NCBI GenBank assembly: GCA_040954595.2
Contig: CM082594.2
Span: forward strand, 10,048,296-10,112,295
Length of the DNA stretch: 64,000 nt
DNA from: Balanoglossus misakiensis
Taxonomy: Eukaryota; Animalia; Hemichordata
Direction of reading: 5' to 3'
Numbering within the stretch: the first letter of the stretch is position 1; the number at the start of each line of letters is the position of its first letter. The notes below the pieces were generated by a model, which made no database searches, was not told the DNA's origin, and saw only the letters and a program-made list of their open reading frames with translations. The position numbers were made by a program, and so were the translations under genes. Shown here piece by piece: positions 13,901 to 26,600 of this stretch.

Positions 13901-16900
13901 TTCTACATTAATAGTCAATCATCACAATAATCTAGGCCTAAAGCTCCTAATATTAGAAGTGTCAACTGGCTAGAAACTTATGGGCCTTTAAAAGCATAAA
14001 TCTAAAATCAAAGTTCATGTCAGTTGGACTTACATCCAGCCACACAAAGTGGGCACCTGCAGGCAGTGATGGTATTTCATAGTTGACAATTCCATTCTCA
14101 GCGATAAATTCTTTGGAATAGAAGTTGTCTCTACTGATCTCAGCTTTGACTTGGACAGACACACCACTCACTGGACTTCTGTCTGGGTAGAATACATTCA
14201 ACTATAACGACAGAAATGATAAAATGATTAGGAATGAAATAATTCATATATGCAAACTTTGGTGACTGCATTTACTGAAATAACTGAAATTCAAGACTTA
14301 CCCTTCCTTTGAAAGGTAATCCAGGTTTGAAATGTTTTCTTGTTTCTTTGGAGAACTCAATCTCAACAAGTTGTTTGTTGACCGGAACCGAATCCACCAC
14401 TGCTGTGCTTGTACTTCCATCTTTGCTGGTTACCATGGCTTCAATGTAGAGGATGCCTCGAAAATGTTCCGATAATTCTGTGCCAATGATGTTCTTCATG
14501 CAGACAGAGTATGTCACTGAACCATCAATCTAAATAATACATAGGACAAAAAAATACCCCATAGCTGTCACTTTTACCATATTTTAATCGCTGAAATATT
14601 TCAAATTTCTCCTTATCTTTACTTGGCAAATGGCACTCTTTTGACTATGTGGGGACTTTAATACCCATGTGGAAATACAACGATAAGTGTGAACTCTTGC
14701 AATTGGCAGTTGGATAAGTGGGTGTGGCACCCATTTATTATTTCACTTGTTCATATTTAAATGTACAGCCAAAATAAGAGTTTGATAATATGTTTGTGTA
14801 TACCCACAAGTTTACTAACTTGAATGGGACTTTGTAAGTTCGAAAGTAAAATCATGAAAAAAATTCAAAAATTTGCAGAAATGGGGCTTTAAAATTAAAG
14901 CTGCATAATTGCTACGGTGAACACTGCCCTCATTCGTTGTCTTTGAAAATTAAATGGTATTCACCTGTGAGGGCAGTATTCACACAATCTTCTGGGCAGT
15001 CAATTTCTGCATCGAACAAATTGTACATTCTACTTATATGTTTAATTATTTGACTTACATCCATAAGCTGTGAATCTGTCTGTCCCTGATACTTGTATTT
15101 GTAATAGCCAATTCCAAGTACATTGGTTCTCACAGTCAGTTTACCTTGCACTTTTTCACCATATGTGTATCTGAAATCAAAGATCAATAGCATTGTCATC
15201 ATCAACATCATCATCATCATCATCATCATCATGTTCATCATCATCATCATTGTCATTGTCATGTTTAGATTATTCTCTTACCTGGCATCTACTTTAACGT
15301 CATAACACTTCTCTGTGTCAACTACATATGGCGGTGGCTCAATTGTCACTTCAAATTTCGGCAAAACTGGAAAATGAAAAGGGATCTTGGGATTAAAATG
15401 AATGTAATGATGATACTCAGTGATGTAAGGAAATGCTACAAGCAATGTTTAAGGATTGAGGAAAATTAAGACAATAAAATATGTTATTCTTTTCTTTAAG
15501 ACTGCTACTTACCATACTTTTGGATTTCAAAAGATTTGTTGTAAGCAACCCCGCCCATTTCTACAATGACCGTCCATTCTCCCAATATCGGTTGGTCCGA
15601 AATGGGAAAGCTCATGTTGACAATACCTGTTGGAAAAGTAAAACAAATCTATCAAATCTAACAGCAGTAATAACACTTCGAGTTTTGTTTAATTAGTAAC
15701 TCTTGCCTGGCAATTTGAATCCTTCAATATCATTGATTATGATTGATGGAAAATGGAGTCAAGCCACGTACATATTCGTGTCAACAAGTATAGTGTGGGA
15801 ACCATGGATCGAGAAAAGATTAAACACTTAATCTGGCCATACTAACCACAACACAATGGTTTCAAGTTCCTCCATTGAATCATCCGGGTTTCTTTTGGAT
15901 CCACAATGTATGCTTCGAACTGCAAAGAAAAAAGCACACTTCTGATTTCATCACTGATTTCTCACAGCATTCATGATCAGAACCACTCAGCACTGTTTAT
16001 ACTGTAAAAAGGGTTATTTTTGCGAACAGAATTTTTTCGCGAACTTCACGAGAGTCCCCCAAAAACGTGAAAATGATGCAGTGAAATACGAGAACGCGAA
16101 AAATAAGCATCGCGAAATTAAACAGTAATTTAGTAAACTTACCGGTTCGTCAATAGGACGAAGATCTGGTCCCGTTGTAATAACATTGATGTGGACTAAA
16201 AGAAAATGAAAAATAAACTTTAGAAGATATTATTAAACACCTTATATATTGGTTAACATACATAGCTTTTGGTAATTTTTATCGAGAAAAAACAACATCG
16301 AAAAAAGGGTCAGAAAATAAAGCGGTCCCAGAAACGCCCGCAAAATGTGTATGCCCACAATCCACAATGCCCGTGAGTGCTACAAGAAGCGATTTGATAC
16401 GCAAAATGTGCACTTCCCTTGTCTTTAAAAACATGTAGAATGAATTTAATGTACTGAATTGGAATATACTTGAAACATAACTAACACATCGGGAAAATCA
16501 TCGTAGATAGTAGAGCGACTATCGCTTGCTTCCAAGGAAAAACCGCAACTCTAAGATGTTCACGTGACCATAATGCGCATCCTACAGCAAATCCTCTCGT
16601 TCACGCGTACGTCCGAACATTCCCGACCGTCTTTCTTGAGGAACTGTGGCCTCAGCCTATGCTCTAAACGCATTAAGAAATGTGGAGTAGTGGTTATGCC
16701 TGATCCGTATATGAAGAACTCACCTGTTTGGGATGGTTTGTATATCGGTTTGTCGGTCTGAATGAATACCGACGACCCCTTCTCGTCAATTGTGACCACA
16801 GTATAATTATGGAAGGTGAAACCATCCGCTTGCAAGTCACAATTGCCGCATATTTTTAAGGTAGCCTTCCCCCTCGCCGTCCTTGGAACCTGTAGGTAAA

Positions 16901-19738
16901 CCCAAAAAGGTCCTTTTCATTTATACTTTCTTTAATATTCACACTTGGTCTCTTTTAGAAGAACACAAAACACAGTTTGGTTCGACAATGCGGCAAAAAA
17001 ATGCGTCAAGTGGTTCAGTAGATCCGCGTCGTCCGATCCGTTTGGTTGCTTGGTACTCCATCGATAACCCCCTCACCAACCCGTCCCTGCTTGGCTAAAT
17101 GTATCACTTGACTACTGAAGTTTTGTGGACGTAAATAAAGACGCGCGTTAATATTTTTGTAAACCACTCGGAACTCCAGAGGTCACTCAAGGTTGAAAAA
17201 GACGGGCACTTGTTTAGCTGAAGTGATTTGTTATGCCGTTACTTTTTAATGCCTATTAGTCCGAGTGACTTAATCGGTTAGACGCCGTTAAACGTGTTGC
17301 AGGCCATGTGAATCGAGCGCCTAACATGATTAAAGTCTATTAGCATCTTCATAGTCTAAATACAATCTTTCAGTAACGTAAATAGATAAACGCATATTGT
17401 AGTAAAATGATATAGAGGATGTTTTGCGCAAGTGTTTTCTTCCGTCTGGTCTGTTCTGTCAGTAGAGTTCGTTCATTTGTTTTTATGCGTGGATATTACA
17501 AGTAGTAAAACCGTGGTTTATGTTACATAAATAGTTCACGCCCCAGACACGACTTCTCTACTCCTACGCACCAGGATATGACCAGGGTACGAATACTTCA
17601 CCCCAGCTAACCGTTCCAAGTCGGTATTGAAGCCCTATTAACACCCCCATGTCAATGACGCAAAGTATTACGTCGTAAACCGTAAACGATCCCGTTCGAT
17701 TCCAATAACAGGACGCACATACAAAGGCGATAGTTCACACGAAAGCGCAACATTCAGTGTCTTTGCTGGGAAAAGATCTTTGAAAAACGAAATTGCTGAG
17801 CTGAGAAATTGTCGCCGCATCATCACATCATCACATACCCCCGTCGCGTCTTGTCCATCAGCCCCGAATCTGTATATTAATGCATGAACAACAGAATCAC
17901 AGAACTCACCTCAAGTTTTACTTGACCCTTCCCTGTAAAAAGAAAGAAAGAAAACAGTGTTTGACAGAAGAAGAATATTATATTTGGCATGACAGAGTTT
18001 TCGATGGGTATTAAATGAACTGTAGCATATTGGCCAAGCTTTCTCCACTGATCAGAACGAATCGAAATAACCACAAATAAAGTTCATCTTATTTTATGTT
18101 TTTGTAGTTTTACGGCAAAGAACCTGGAGACATTTCGAAATTGTGAAACTAGGCGTATATTCCTAGTGTTACAGGTACGCATACTGGACAACTCGGCGAA
18201 AACACGTTTAATCGCATCTGAAAACAAATTCCTGTGTACACAGTTTGTTGAAGTTGACGCTGGCAAAAATAAACCCGGTTGACGACGGAGAGTTTTTCAT
18301 CATTGCTTGCCAGTACAGAAATCACACCAATTTAGACCAATTAAGTCCTTTTACAGTTCGTTCTAATTCTGTGTTGTTTTATGCGCCCGCACGTGATCCT
18401 TGACACCAAATGTTTGATGTTTCGCTGTGATTTTGTTTTTGCCACGTGGGGAGACAGTCGTGGAATATCTCTCGAGAGAGACGGCCGTTTGTTCCACAAC
18501 ACGCAAGGAGTATAATTAGCTGTACAAACACGGTAACCCACTCTAAACAAATCACGAAACGTGTCTGTCCAAGCTGTCGAACTATTCCCCGAGGGGATAT
18601 GGCGAAAAGAGCGTGACTTACCGAAAATAATTTCCTGAGAAAACGCTATGTTTTGGCCCTGTGCCACCAGGTGCGCTGCTACGGGAATCGGTTCCGTTGC
18701 GTCGAAAATGGTCACGCTGACCGTCTCAGTGACCCCAGGACGGAATACCACCGGCGCCGCAACTAGGTAGCCACTGTCCAAATTTAAGAACAAGATTTAT
18801 TCCGTTAGATAAGAGAAGTGGACACCGATTGTGTCGGAGTGACCTCCCAACCTACGTTGACGGTTTTAGATTATTTCGATCGATGCACGCAAGTGTCAAA
18901 AACAATGGAATTGGCCCCGCGTGATCCGGTGTACCGTGTTATCGCTCGAACTTCTCGATTTCTCCGATATAGAAAAGATTTATAAAAAGTACACCAAACA
19001 GAACACAAACGACCAGTTGTCAACATAATCTAAATTACCTGTCTAATCCATAGGGTGAAGTGACTAATAAAGTTGATTTTTCAATGTTATTGCGCGTGTC
19101 TTTAAAATTTTGTTTTGGTCGTCTTATTTTCAACTCAAGACTGATTCCAAACGGACCGTACTCCAAACGACACTTCTAAAAGAAGTGAGTAATATGTTTG
19201 TCGTCTTATCGCCATGTGTCCGTTCGAGATTTTTAAGTGTCTAATTTACACTGAGTTGGCCTTGGCCCTCGCAGCTTCCTTCCCCGTTCGAATGCAAAAA
19301 AGGTCGAGTAAAATGAATGCAACATCCCCGGCAGAACCAAGGGCCTATTCTTCGGTCAAACTCTTGTCAGTTGTTTTCGTCTAGTTTTGTGGGGTTCTGA
19401 GAAAATGACTCTTACAGACACGGTATCACCGAACATTCTTCTATCGGATTAAGTATGTCGAAACAGAGAACAACGTTTCTAATCGTCTGTTAAAACACAG
19501 TTGCGGCGACAACAACACACGGCATTTTTTCTGTACTTTCTTTCAGAATGCCAAGGACGTTCCTTCTTTGACTTCACACAGAGGTGCAGTCCAATGAAAA
19601 ACCAACACAAAGACAGCGTAAAAAATTTCAAGAACACACACACAAATAAAATTTCCACTGGACTTACTTGTTAGCGCCGACTGGTAGACATGCGTATGAA
19701 CAAAGTACAGAGAGCACACAAACCACCGTCCTCAACAT
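4959..19738 (-). CDS. CPAMD8: C3 and PZP-like alpha-2-macroglobulin domain-containing protein 8 (thioester protein), multi-exon, complete
   Basis: Exon 1 19668-19738 encodes a signal peptide ([22 protein letters not shown]); exon 2 18622-18773 ([13 protein letters not shown]); exon 3 17910-17932; exon 4 16724-16889 ([13 protein letters not shown]); then many GT-AG exons with A2M-family motifs: RKKR processing site 12437-12448, [22 protein letters not shown], a FAMeT-like insert, GCGEQ thioester, [46 protein letters not shown], a Kazal exon 6457-6687, and last exon 4959-5726. A2M + FAMeT + Kazal is the CPAMD8 architecture. Confidence 0.93.
6457..6687 (-). other. Kazal-type domain exon of CPAMD8
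   Basis: [34 protein letters not shown] matches the Kazal C-x3-C...VCGSDG-x2-Y-x-N-x-C pattern; 231-nt phase 1-1 exon. Confidence 0.9.
8764..8792 (+). repeat. (CAAA)n microsatellite, intronic
   Basis: caaacaaacaaacaaacaaacaaacaaac next to a CPAMD8 donor site. Confidence 0.9.
9656..9670 (-). other. Intact thioester motif GCGEQ of CPAMD8
   Basis: GGC TGT GGG GAA CAG within [23 protein letters not shown]. Confidence 0.95.
10067..10724 (-). other. Farnesoic acid O-methyltransferase-like (FAMeT) domain exons of CPAMD8
   Basis: [12 protein letters not shown]...[16 protein letters not shown]...[22 protein letters not shown], followed by exons encoding [11 protein letters not shown] and [17 protein letters not shown]. 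Boundaries approximate. Confidence 0.8.
15191..15262 (+). repeat. imperfect (CAT)n microsatellite, CPAMD8 intron
   Basis: cattgtcatcatcaacatcatcatcat...; it produces the spurious poly-Met and poly-Ile ORFs in the track. Confidence 0.92.
16000..16127. mobile_element. degenerate MITE with TACTGT...ACAGTA termini
   Basis: Starts TACTGTAAAAA and ends AAACAGTA; internal inverted TTTTTCGCG / CGCGAAAAA motifs; lies in a CPAMD8 intron. Confidence 0.55.
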
Positions 19739-22451
19739 TTTAAAACAAGTTTTTTGAGGTCCTCTCTCTCACATATGGGAACAGGTCCTATAATTTCCCC
19801 CGCAACACAATAGTCCCGCGCGGTTCTTCAAGTGGACAGGCACTCACTGAATCTTTCAGATTTATGCGGGTTTTGTTGGTATGTCACATTTAGATAAGTC
19901 CGCAGCCACACTTCTAATAAAGGCTTCCTATACGATGATCATCTAACCGCTTATCAAGATACCAGTGTACACTCGATACCCACAATGCACTTTGGTGCCA
20001 TGCACTTGAACCCCATCGGACTCCTTAACTCACTGCATCAGGACATCCCTGGAGGAAAGAAAATAGAAGATCGATTTATAGTGAAGTTGTCGAAAAGTGG
20101 GAGTCTTTCTCTCTCTCTCTCTGAGTGAAAAGTTACACGATGTTGGGTTCAAACTTAAACCAAGTAAACAAGTGTGTTGAGACATCGCAGGTGTCCTTGT
20201 CTGTATAGTCAAATCGTCAGTCGTCACGGTAATACAGAATTCATGCTGATTGCGTATTAACGCTCACTTTTGAAAACCTTTAGAGTAACAAAATCAATTT
20301 CAGTTTTGACTTTTTGCCCTGTCGTAAACTGACGAGTTTCACAACAGCTTAGACCCGAAGACACCTAAAGAGAAATGCGCTCTTTGAGTGCCCTAACATT
20401 CAACACTGCGTTATCTCTTGCCGAATATAAACGAGTACATGCCCCTAGTACGTCAGATGATAAGGGAAACTCTCCGTCTTTGATAGCGAGGAGTCAATTG
20501 ACATTTCACAAGCCTTTCAAGATTTTTAGGAATGTCGAGAGACCGTAACATGAAAGTGTTGGCCAAGATTTCCGATCCTCGGCCGCCCGTTCATCAAATT
20601 CAGGATGATTGCGATTAAAGTCACGCTGCTTATAATGGGCAATTGGCAGTTTATTGAGCAGAAACCAAAGTTATCTGTCAAAATAACGTGTTCTAGGAAA
20701 CATCTTTTATTTCCCGTATTTAATGTATACCTTCGTAGAATTCTGTTTCAACCATGGGAAAACACGTGCACGTCGGCATTATGACAAAAGACATTGCCGC
20801 CTCTAGAAAAATACCAACTGTCAAGCGGCGATATGTAAACGTTTAGCTTGTTGGCCACTTCAAAGTAAAATATCGCTGATAAATGCGGGGAAAAGTGCGG
20901 GATAATTGCGCAGTTATTACAGCGAGTAGATGCAGGACGGGTCAAGACTGTGCGTTAATCTCTTGTGAAATACCGTCTTGCGTGCCGCTGCTGCTCTACG
21001 CTGCCAGCTAACGATACGGTTTGGCATTGGTGACATTCTTGGAGAAATTCTGTTTAGCTTTTGCGCCAATTTCCGAACGTTTTCTCACACATTACTCCGA
21101 TAACTTATGTCATTTCATTACCTACTCTACTCCGATTATTTATAAACGCTTCGCTTGTTTACGTCAAGGTATATGTTAGCTTTGATGTCTTGGAAATACC
21201 GATGAAAACCGCAGAGGTCGGAACACCCACCCTTGTACTTTTCATCAACATACAAGCACCTAGCTGGTATGAGGGACCGTGATTATACTTAGTGCGGCGT
21301 TCTTTGATTTAAGTGTACATGAACATACTTAACACTACAGAAAGCACATGCCTGAGATCATTCCGAAAACTTTAAGTGAATAATTTACACTTTCTAATGC
21401 TGTTTTAGTAATCTGTCGTCGACATCATTACATGAAATCACTTTTTGAGGAGCGTGTGGCAGTTGTAAGCTATGGGAAATAAAACTCAGTGCAACGCATG
21501 CAACTTACATGTACATCCTTCATTAAAATGTACCTTTCGAATCTGGCATTATAAGTTAAATAGCCAACTCACAAACTGAGGATAGTGGTGACCTTTTCGC
21601 CATAACTGGTTCAAATTTCGTAACCACGAGTAATTGTGTAACTGTATTCAAGCTAAAAGCATTGGGATTCTGGAGAAAGTCTATTGAAGCGTGAACAGCG
21701 CATGAGATGTACATGTGCTATATAATGCAACAGGTGCATATCGGCTACTACAAGCTTCAGTTGTACAATCAAGTGAGATACAGTCGAAGAGATGATGAAC
21801 TAATTTCGGAAACCTGGACACGCGATCACCTGAATGTCGGACAAAGGCCAGGTTGATGCTTGGGCCAAACATAATCGTTGATGTATTTTTTTTCATCGTG
21901 GATGCATTTTGCATTCCTGTCTTCCTATAATAGTTGTAGTTCAGTATCGGAGAGCTTTAGATGGACAAAAAACTAACTGGAGAAGATACTGAAACATGCG
22001 GAACAAGTTAAAGCCCCGTGAGGTGCCAATTTTTGCATATTTTTAACGATAAAATACTTCAGTCTTCTCTTTATTCTTTGCAGACGGACAACAGCGTTCA
22101 ACTCGCGCATACTCAAAGTAGTCAAATCTAAATTTGAAAATAGAATCGTGATAGAGATGATGAGATCAAACTCCAACTTGCTTCCGAATTTGTGGCCGTG
22201 ACGGATTGCCCGGGTCTCTATCAAACTCTTTTGAGGGATACCTTGCGTTGCCAACATATTTTGATAATTTTCAAATCAGATCGATCGCCACGTTGGAACG
22301 GAATGTGTGTATCTGCCAGTGTGTGACATCAACTGGTCAACGTCACCTACAGCGGTATAGTAGAGCTCCTCTTATTGGTCAGTTTCTAGTCTCGGGCTGT
22401 GAGACCATTCTGAGACTCCTGACAGGTGAATCCGGATAGGCTGGCGGATAG

Positions 22452-22476
22452 CCCCCCCCCCCCCCCCCCCCCCCCC
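22452..22476 (+). repeat. poly-C tract (25 nt)
   Basis: Uninterrupted C run in the CPAMD8/fasciclin intergenic region. Confidence 0.9.
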
Positions 22477-22845
22477 GATAAGGGCTTATAATGCATAGTG
22501 TCGCATACTAAGCCGGGAATAAGTCAGTTCAGTATCTTGGTAATCGTTCATTTTGGGCGCTGGAAATCTTGACAAGTTTTACACGCCATCTACAAGTAGA
22601 ATCTCCTGACGAATGTTTCCCAGTAGATATCCCGGGCCAGATCGAGTTCCAAAAGTTAACTTTTCACCGAATTCCCAAATATTCTTCCACGCAAGCGGTT
22701 TGTTTGGGATGACAAGTCACGTGTGCAAGTCAATGTTGATGACACAGTCTCCTGACTTATACCTGACTTCGAAATGAATAGATCGTTGTGAAATATTGAG
22801 ACATGATCACTACTAACCTACACCCGACGCAGGCGCACCCTTTTC

Positions 22846-22967
22846 TAGTCTTGGTTACCCAGACCCTTCGCTTCATGCATCGCTTTTGCCTCGAGTCGGC
22901 CATCTTTCCTCTTTCTGGAGAGCCCATGCCAACGGAAGAAGCAGAGGTGTCTGGGTAACCGAGACTA
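22846..22967. mobile_element. MITE (~120 bp) with ~29-bp terminal inverted repeats and TA ends
   Basis: Left TAGTCTTGGTTACCCAGACCCTTCGCTTC versus reverse complement of the right end TAGTCTCGGTTACCCAGACACCTCTGCTTC; TA at both ends. Confidence 0.75.
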
Positions 22968-23609
22968 TCATGGCCGCTACTTTATCACATCTTTTCCCCG
23001 CAAGACGTTTGTCCTCATGATATAAATCCATAAGACTCTTAAAGAAAGTCTACAGGATTTCTAACAGCAACACATCTTTTTTGGCATCCCCGGGATTTCA
23101 TATACACTCATTACATCTAAAAGATCTCATTTTGTTTGAAGGGATACAGTATTGCATTGCTTATAAATACCGGCCTGAAATAAACAAGGTATGAAACGTG
23201 ACTGCAGGGGTTGTCACCAATTATCAGAGACCATTACGCGCTTTGTGGCCCTGGGAAAAGAGAAGAAACTAACTTTTATCTGAACTAGTGCAACAGTGGT
23301 AAGCATGAACGTATCCCTCTAGCGACCGGACAAACAGACATTGTAGCCTATCAAATTTCTTAAAAGTTTTAGGCACGTGCAGTAATGCCAAGCGCACGTA
23401 TTCTTTCCCGCATGTCATTGAACACTGAACAATACTGGCGGGGTAAAGAAAGAGTGAAGGACACAGAAAGAGTGATTGTCGTTGGCCGAATTAAATAATA
23501 GGTGAACTTTGACTCTAGGATGTTTTGTCATAGCAAGGACTCCTCGCAAACAGTACTGGGTAAAACTCAATGACAACCTGGTCGCTGGCAGATATAGTCT
23601 CACGTCATC

Positions 23610-26600
23610 ATGGGTCTGCTGAATTTTTTTCTCGCTCATTTGCTGCTGAGTGGGTTTCATTTGCTCAGTATTGGCCTGGAATCCAACGCTGTTGGCGATC
23701 CAGACAATGAAAAGTCTATCTACGAGACCGCCGCTGCGCTTGGAGCCAGCGATTTCATAAAGCTCGTGGACAATTCTTCATGGGTGAGAGAGCAACTGAA
23801 GACAGGCAAAGGCTACACCGTGTTCGTGCCCGACAATGAAGCGTTCGAGACGATGTCTAAAGAGGCGAGGAAAGCTTTGGAGGACCCCAACGTGGTCGAC
23901 TGGGTGCTGCGTTATCACATGGCTATTGGCACCATTTACGCCCGTGATTACAAGCACAATCTTCTCTTCCCAAGCGCTTTCAAGCCACAACAAGGTGGTT
24001 ATTCTCAACAATCCTTGCGTGTAAACATCTACGAGGCTTTTAGAGGAGGTCACAGAAAGGTCAGTGCAATCTGTCTTCAGTGTTACATCAGTGCACTTAA
24101 AATCTCCAGTGAAACTCAGTCGAATTTCCTTTTCATTGAATCAACCGGAGTTGTTTATGGCGTACCCCATCTCATTTTACATGGCAGCCAAACAGACCGC
24201 GGCCATCGGTCGATGACCAAGGCTAGAATCTATGCCAAATAGGCTATGCAAATATTAAACCCACTGTTCTATCATCACATGACGTGAAGTCAAGATGCGG
24301 CGCTGTTGTTTCATCGTCGCAAAGCAAGACCTCTTTACGGCAGCAGTCTGAGTTGCCTGGTTTTGGAGGTCACCGCTGTTGGCTCAGTGATCACGTGCCA
24401 CGCGCAGGTGTAATGTACACCAATCGCCAAAAAACACAGGTGACCTACAGGCCTAAACCAAGGTCATCTCAGCAAGCTCAGCAAACCGAGTCTCACAAAA
24501 CACAAAAACGACAGTCAGCACATCTGAAATCATTTGCTATCTCGGCCTTCCCCAGGATTAGCTGCAGTTCAATAGCTCGAGGTCTTGTCTTGGTTTGTGT
24601 GTTAGACGGCAAACCAAGGCAAACTAACTGAAGCTAACTGAACTGCGGCTAACCCAAGGATAATTCTCGAGAAAAACCTCTTATAGGCCGAATCTCAAAG
24701 CGCTTTGACTAACCTGTTATCTGCTCTCAATTTTTGCTGACTTCAAAGCCAAAGAAAACCCAACCGGACGTTTAGCTCATTGATCCTAACAAACAACACT
24801 TAATTGCCTACAGGTATCACTGTAACAAACTTTATCCTTAGAATTGGCTTGCACTACGCCCTGTAATGATTTCCCCCAGCGACAATGGGCTCTGAAACCG
24901 CAGTATTGTAAACTACCGCGACAACGTCATAGCCGGCCCTTGTTTAGCGCCTGTCCCCTGGGGCGAGTGCTTTATGTCTTTAATGTGTCATTTACGCAAT
25001 TCTACCACCGCTACGCATGACATTGTCAACGTGAGCATGTAAACAGCCCAACGTCTGAGAAAATACAAACTGTCCCTTGGCAGATAAACGAGAGAGAATT
25101 GACAGTGCGTCAACACCCGGGTACAGTATAAATAACTAACGCACCAACCAAACCCAAAATATACACACTTTTTAGTCGAAAAAACACCAATGACTTTCTT
25201 CAAGCGCAGTGACGTCATAGCCGACAGTAGGCCTATATGTGTATACAGTTAACAAAAACCCGACTTTCCTTGAGAACACAAGCATTTTGATTTGTACTTA
25301 TCTGTAAATGTAAATCAGTGATTGTAATAAAGATTGTTTCTATACCGCATATCTTATCATTTACTTCGCTCGCTCTTTTGCCTAGCTCATCACATCCCTG
25401 CCTTTTATCGTCGTTTTTTTTACAAATTGTCCTTTGACCTGAATGACCCTGAGTTAAATGTTTATTTATTGATTTCGAGTTATAAATGTCATGCGAGTAT
25501 TGCTTTAGTCATTGCAAGAATCAGACTATGCAGTTATACGCGTACGATCATTTCAAAATCTGACGGGTTACTCGAGTTATTTTGCCGCAGCGCACAAGAA
25601 ACTGTTGATTTACTTACATTTGTCAATAATGTCAGTTCAGAAGATACGTTCATACTAACTATCTACATGTAGTTTGGATGAAGTACTAGTATTACTCACC
25701 CTGCATACGAACTGCACAGACGAGGTCCCTAGACGAGGTCACCAAACTTCTAGATACGAAAAGTTCTTTGCAGCGATTTTTGTGGGTCTTACACGTCTTT
25801 AGGTCTTTATATCAGCGGAGTAACTGATCCCGAACTGCAGCAAATGGTGAATCTGCTGGTACTCTTCAAAACGCTGTCGATCACGCAAATGTTGAGAGCG
25901 TCTACTACACCAGAGAATCAATCGTCAACAAATGGCGGGAAAGACGAGATAAACGCCCTTATGGCCTTGCAAGCGATGCGTGGACTGCCCCAGAATGATA
26001 TACGTACATGCCTGCAACTGGTTCTGTGTCGGCTGGACTCACCCCAATACCGCGACAATCAAGCACTGTGTCGAAAGTACCTCGGGTTATGTATCGACGG
26101 GCCAAGGGGCCATCCAACAAAATAATAGTGTCAACGCCGCAGAGACACAATAACGCTAGTCACCCCTGTTTTGTTAACTAAATTTCCTGACGATTTGCAA
26201 TTGCAATGACCATCCTACCGGATCCGTTTGGGACACAACGCACAAACCGTTCACCGCTTATCCTCCCAGCCTCTGTAAATACTGCAGACGAAACTTCCTC
26301 AAATGAATATATGCCTCAGACACCACGTTTTATAGTGATACGATGCACAGCTGTTATTCTTTCAAACAAGTTTTTGATTGGATACCTGTGTGGTTACGAA
26401 ATCACCAGAAGACACTGGTGAGAAACAGGTCCACTGAAGTGTCTTTATCCCTGCAACTGATTTACAACTAAGACAATATATACTGCAGACACTGGGCGGT
26501 CGCGCAAATGACGTCTTATTTCGACCCGAGCGGTGAAAGTAACCGTTGTACTCTCCTAAGGGACTAGCCCGGTTGTTAATCGTCAAATGAAATGTCGAAA

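Noticed and set aside
14640-14893. Possible Kolobok-like element end (GGGGCTTTAA) in a CPAMD8 intron
   Set aside because: No matching opposite terminus found; probably a decayed repeat but not supportable.
14930-15305. Poly-Met and poly-Ile ORFs
   Set aside because: Artefacts of the intronic (CAT)n microsatellite; only the YTYGEKVQG...QLMD part is a real CPAMD8 exon.
19738-23610. Functional link between CPAMD8 and a TGFBI-like gene via human anterior-eye disease associations
   Set aside because: The fasciclin has only two FAS1 domains and is not demonstrably a TGFBI orthologue; the association is likely coincidental.
24060-24242. C-terminal 60 aa of the 210-aa ORF 23610-24242
   Set aside because: Read-through into intron 1; a donor at 24059/60 splices in frame to the exon completing the FAS1 domain.
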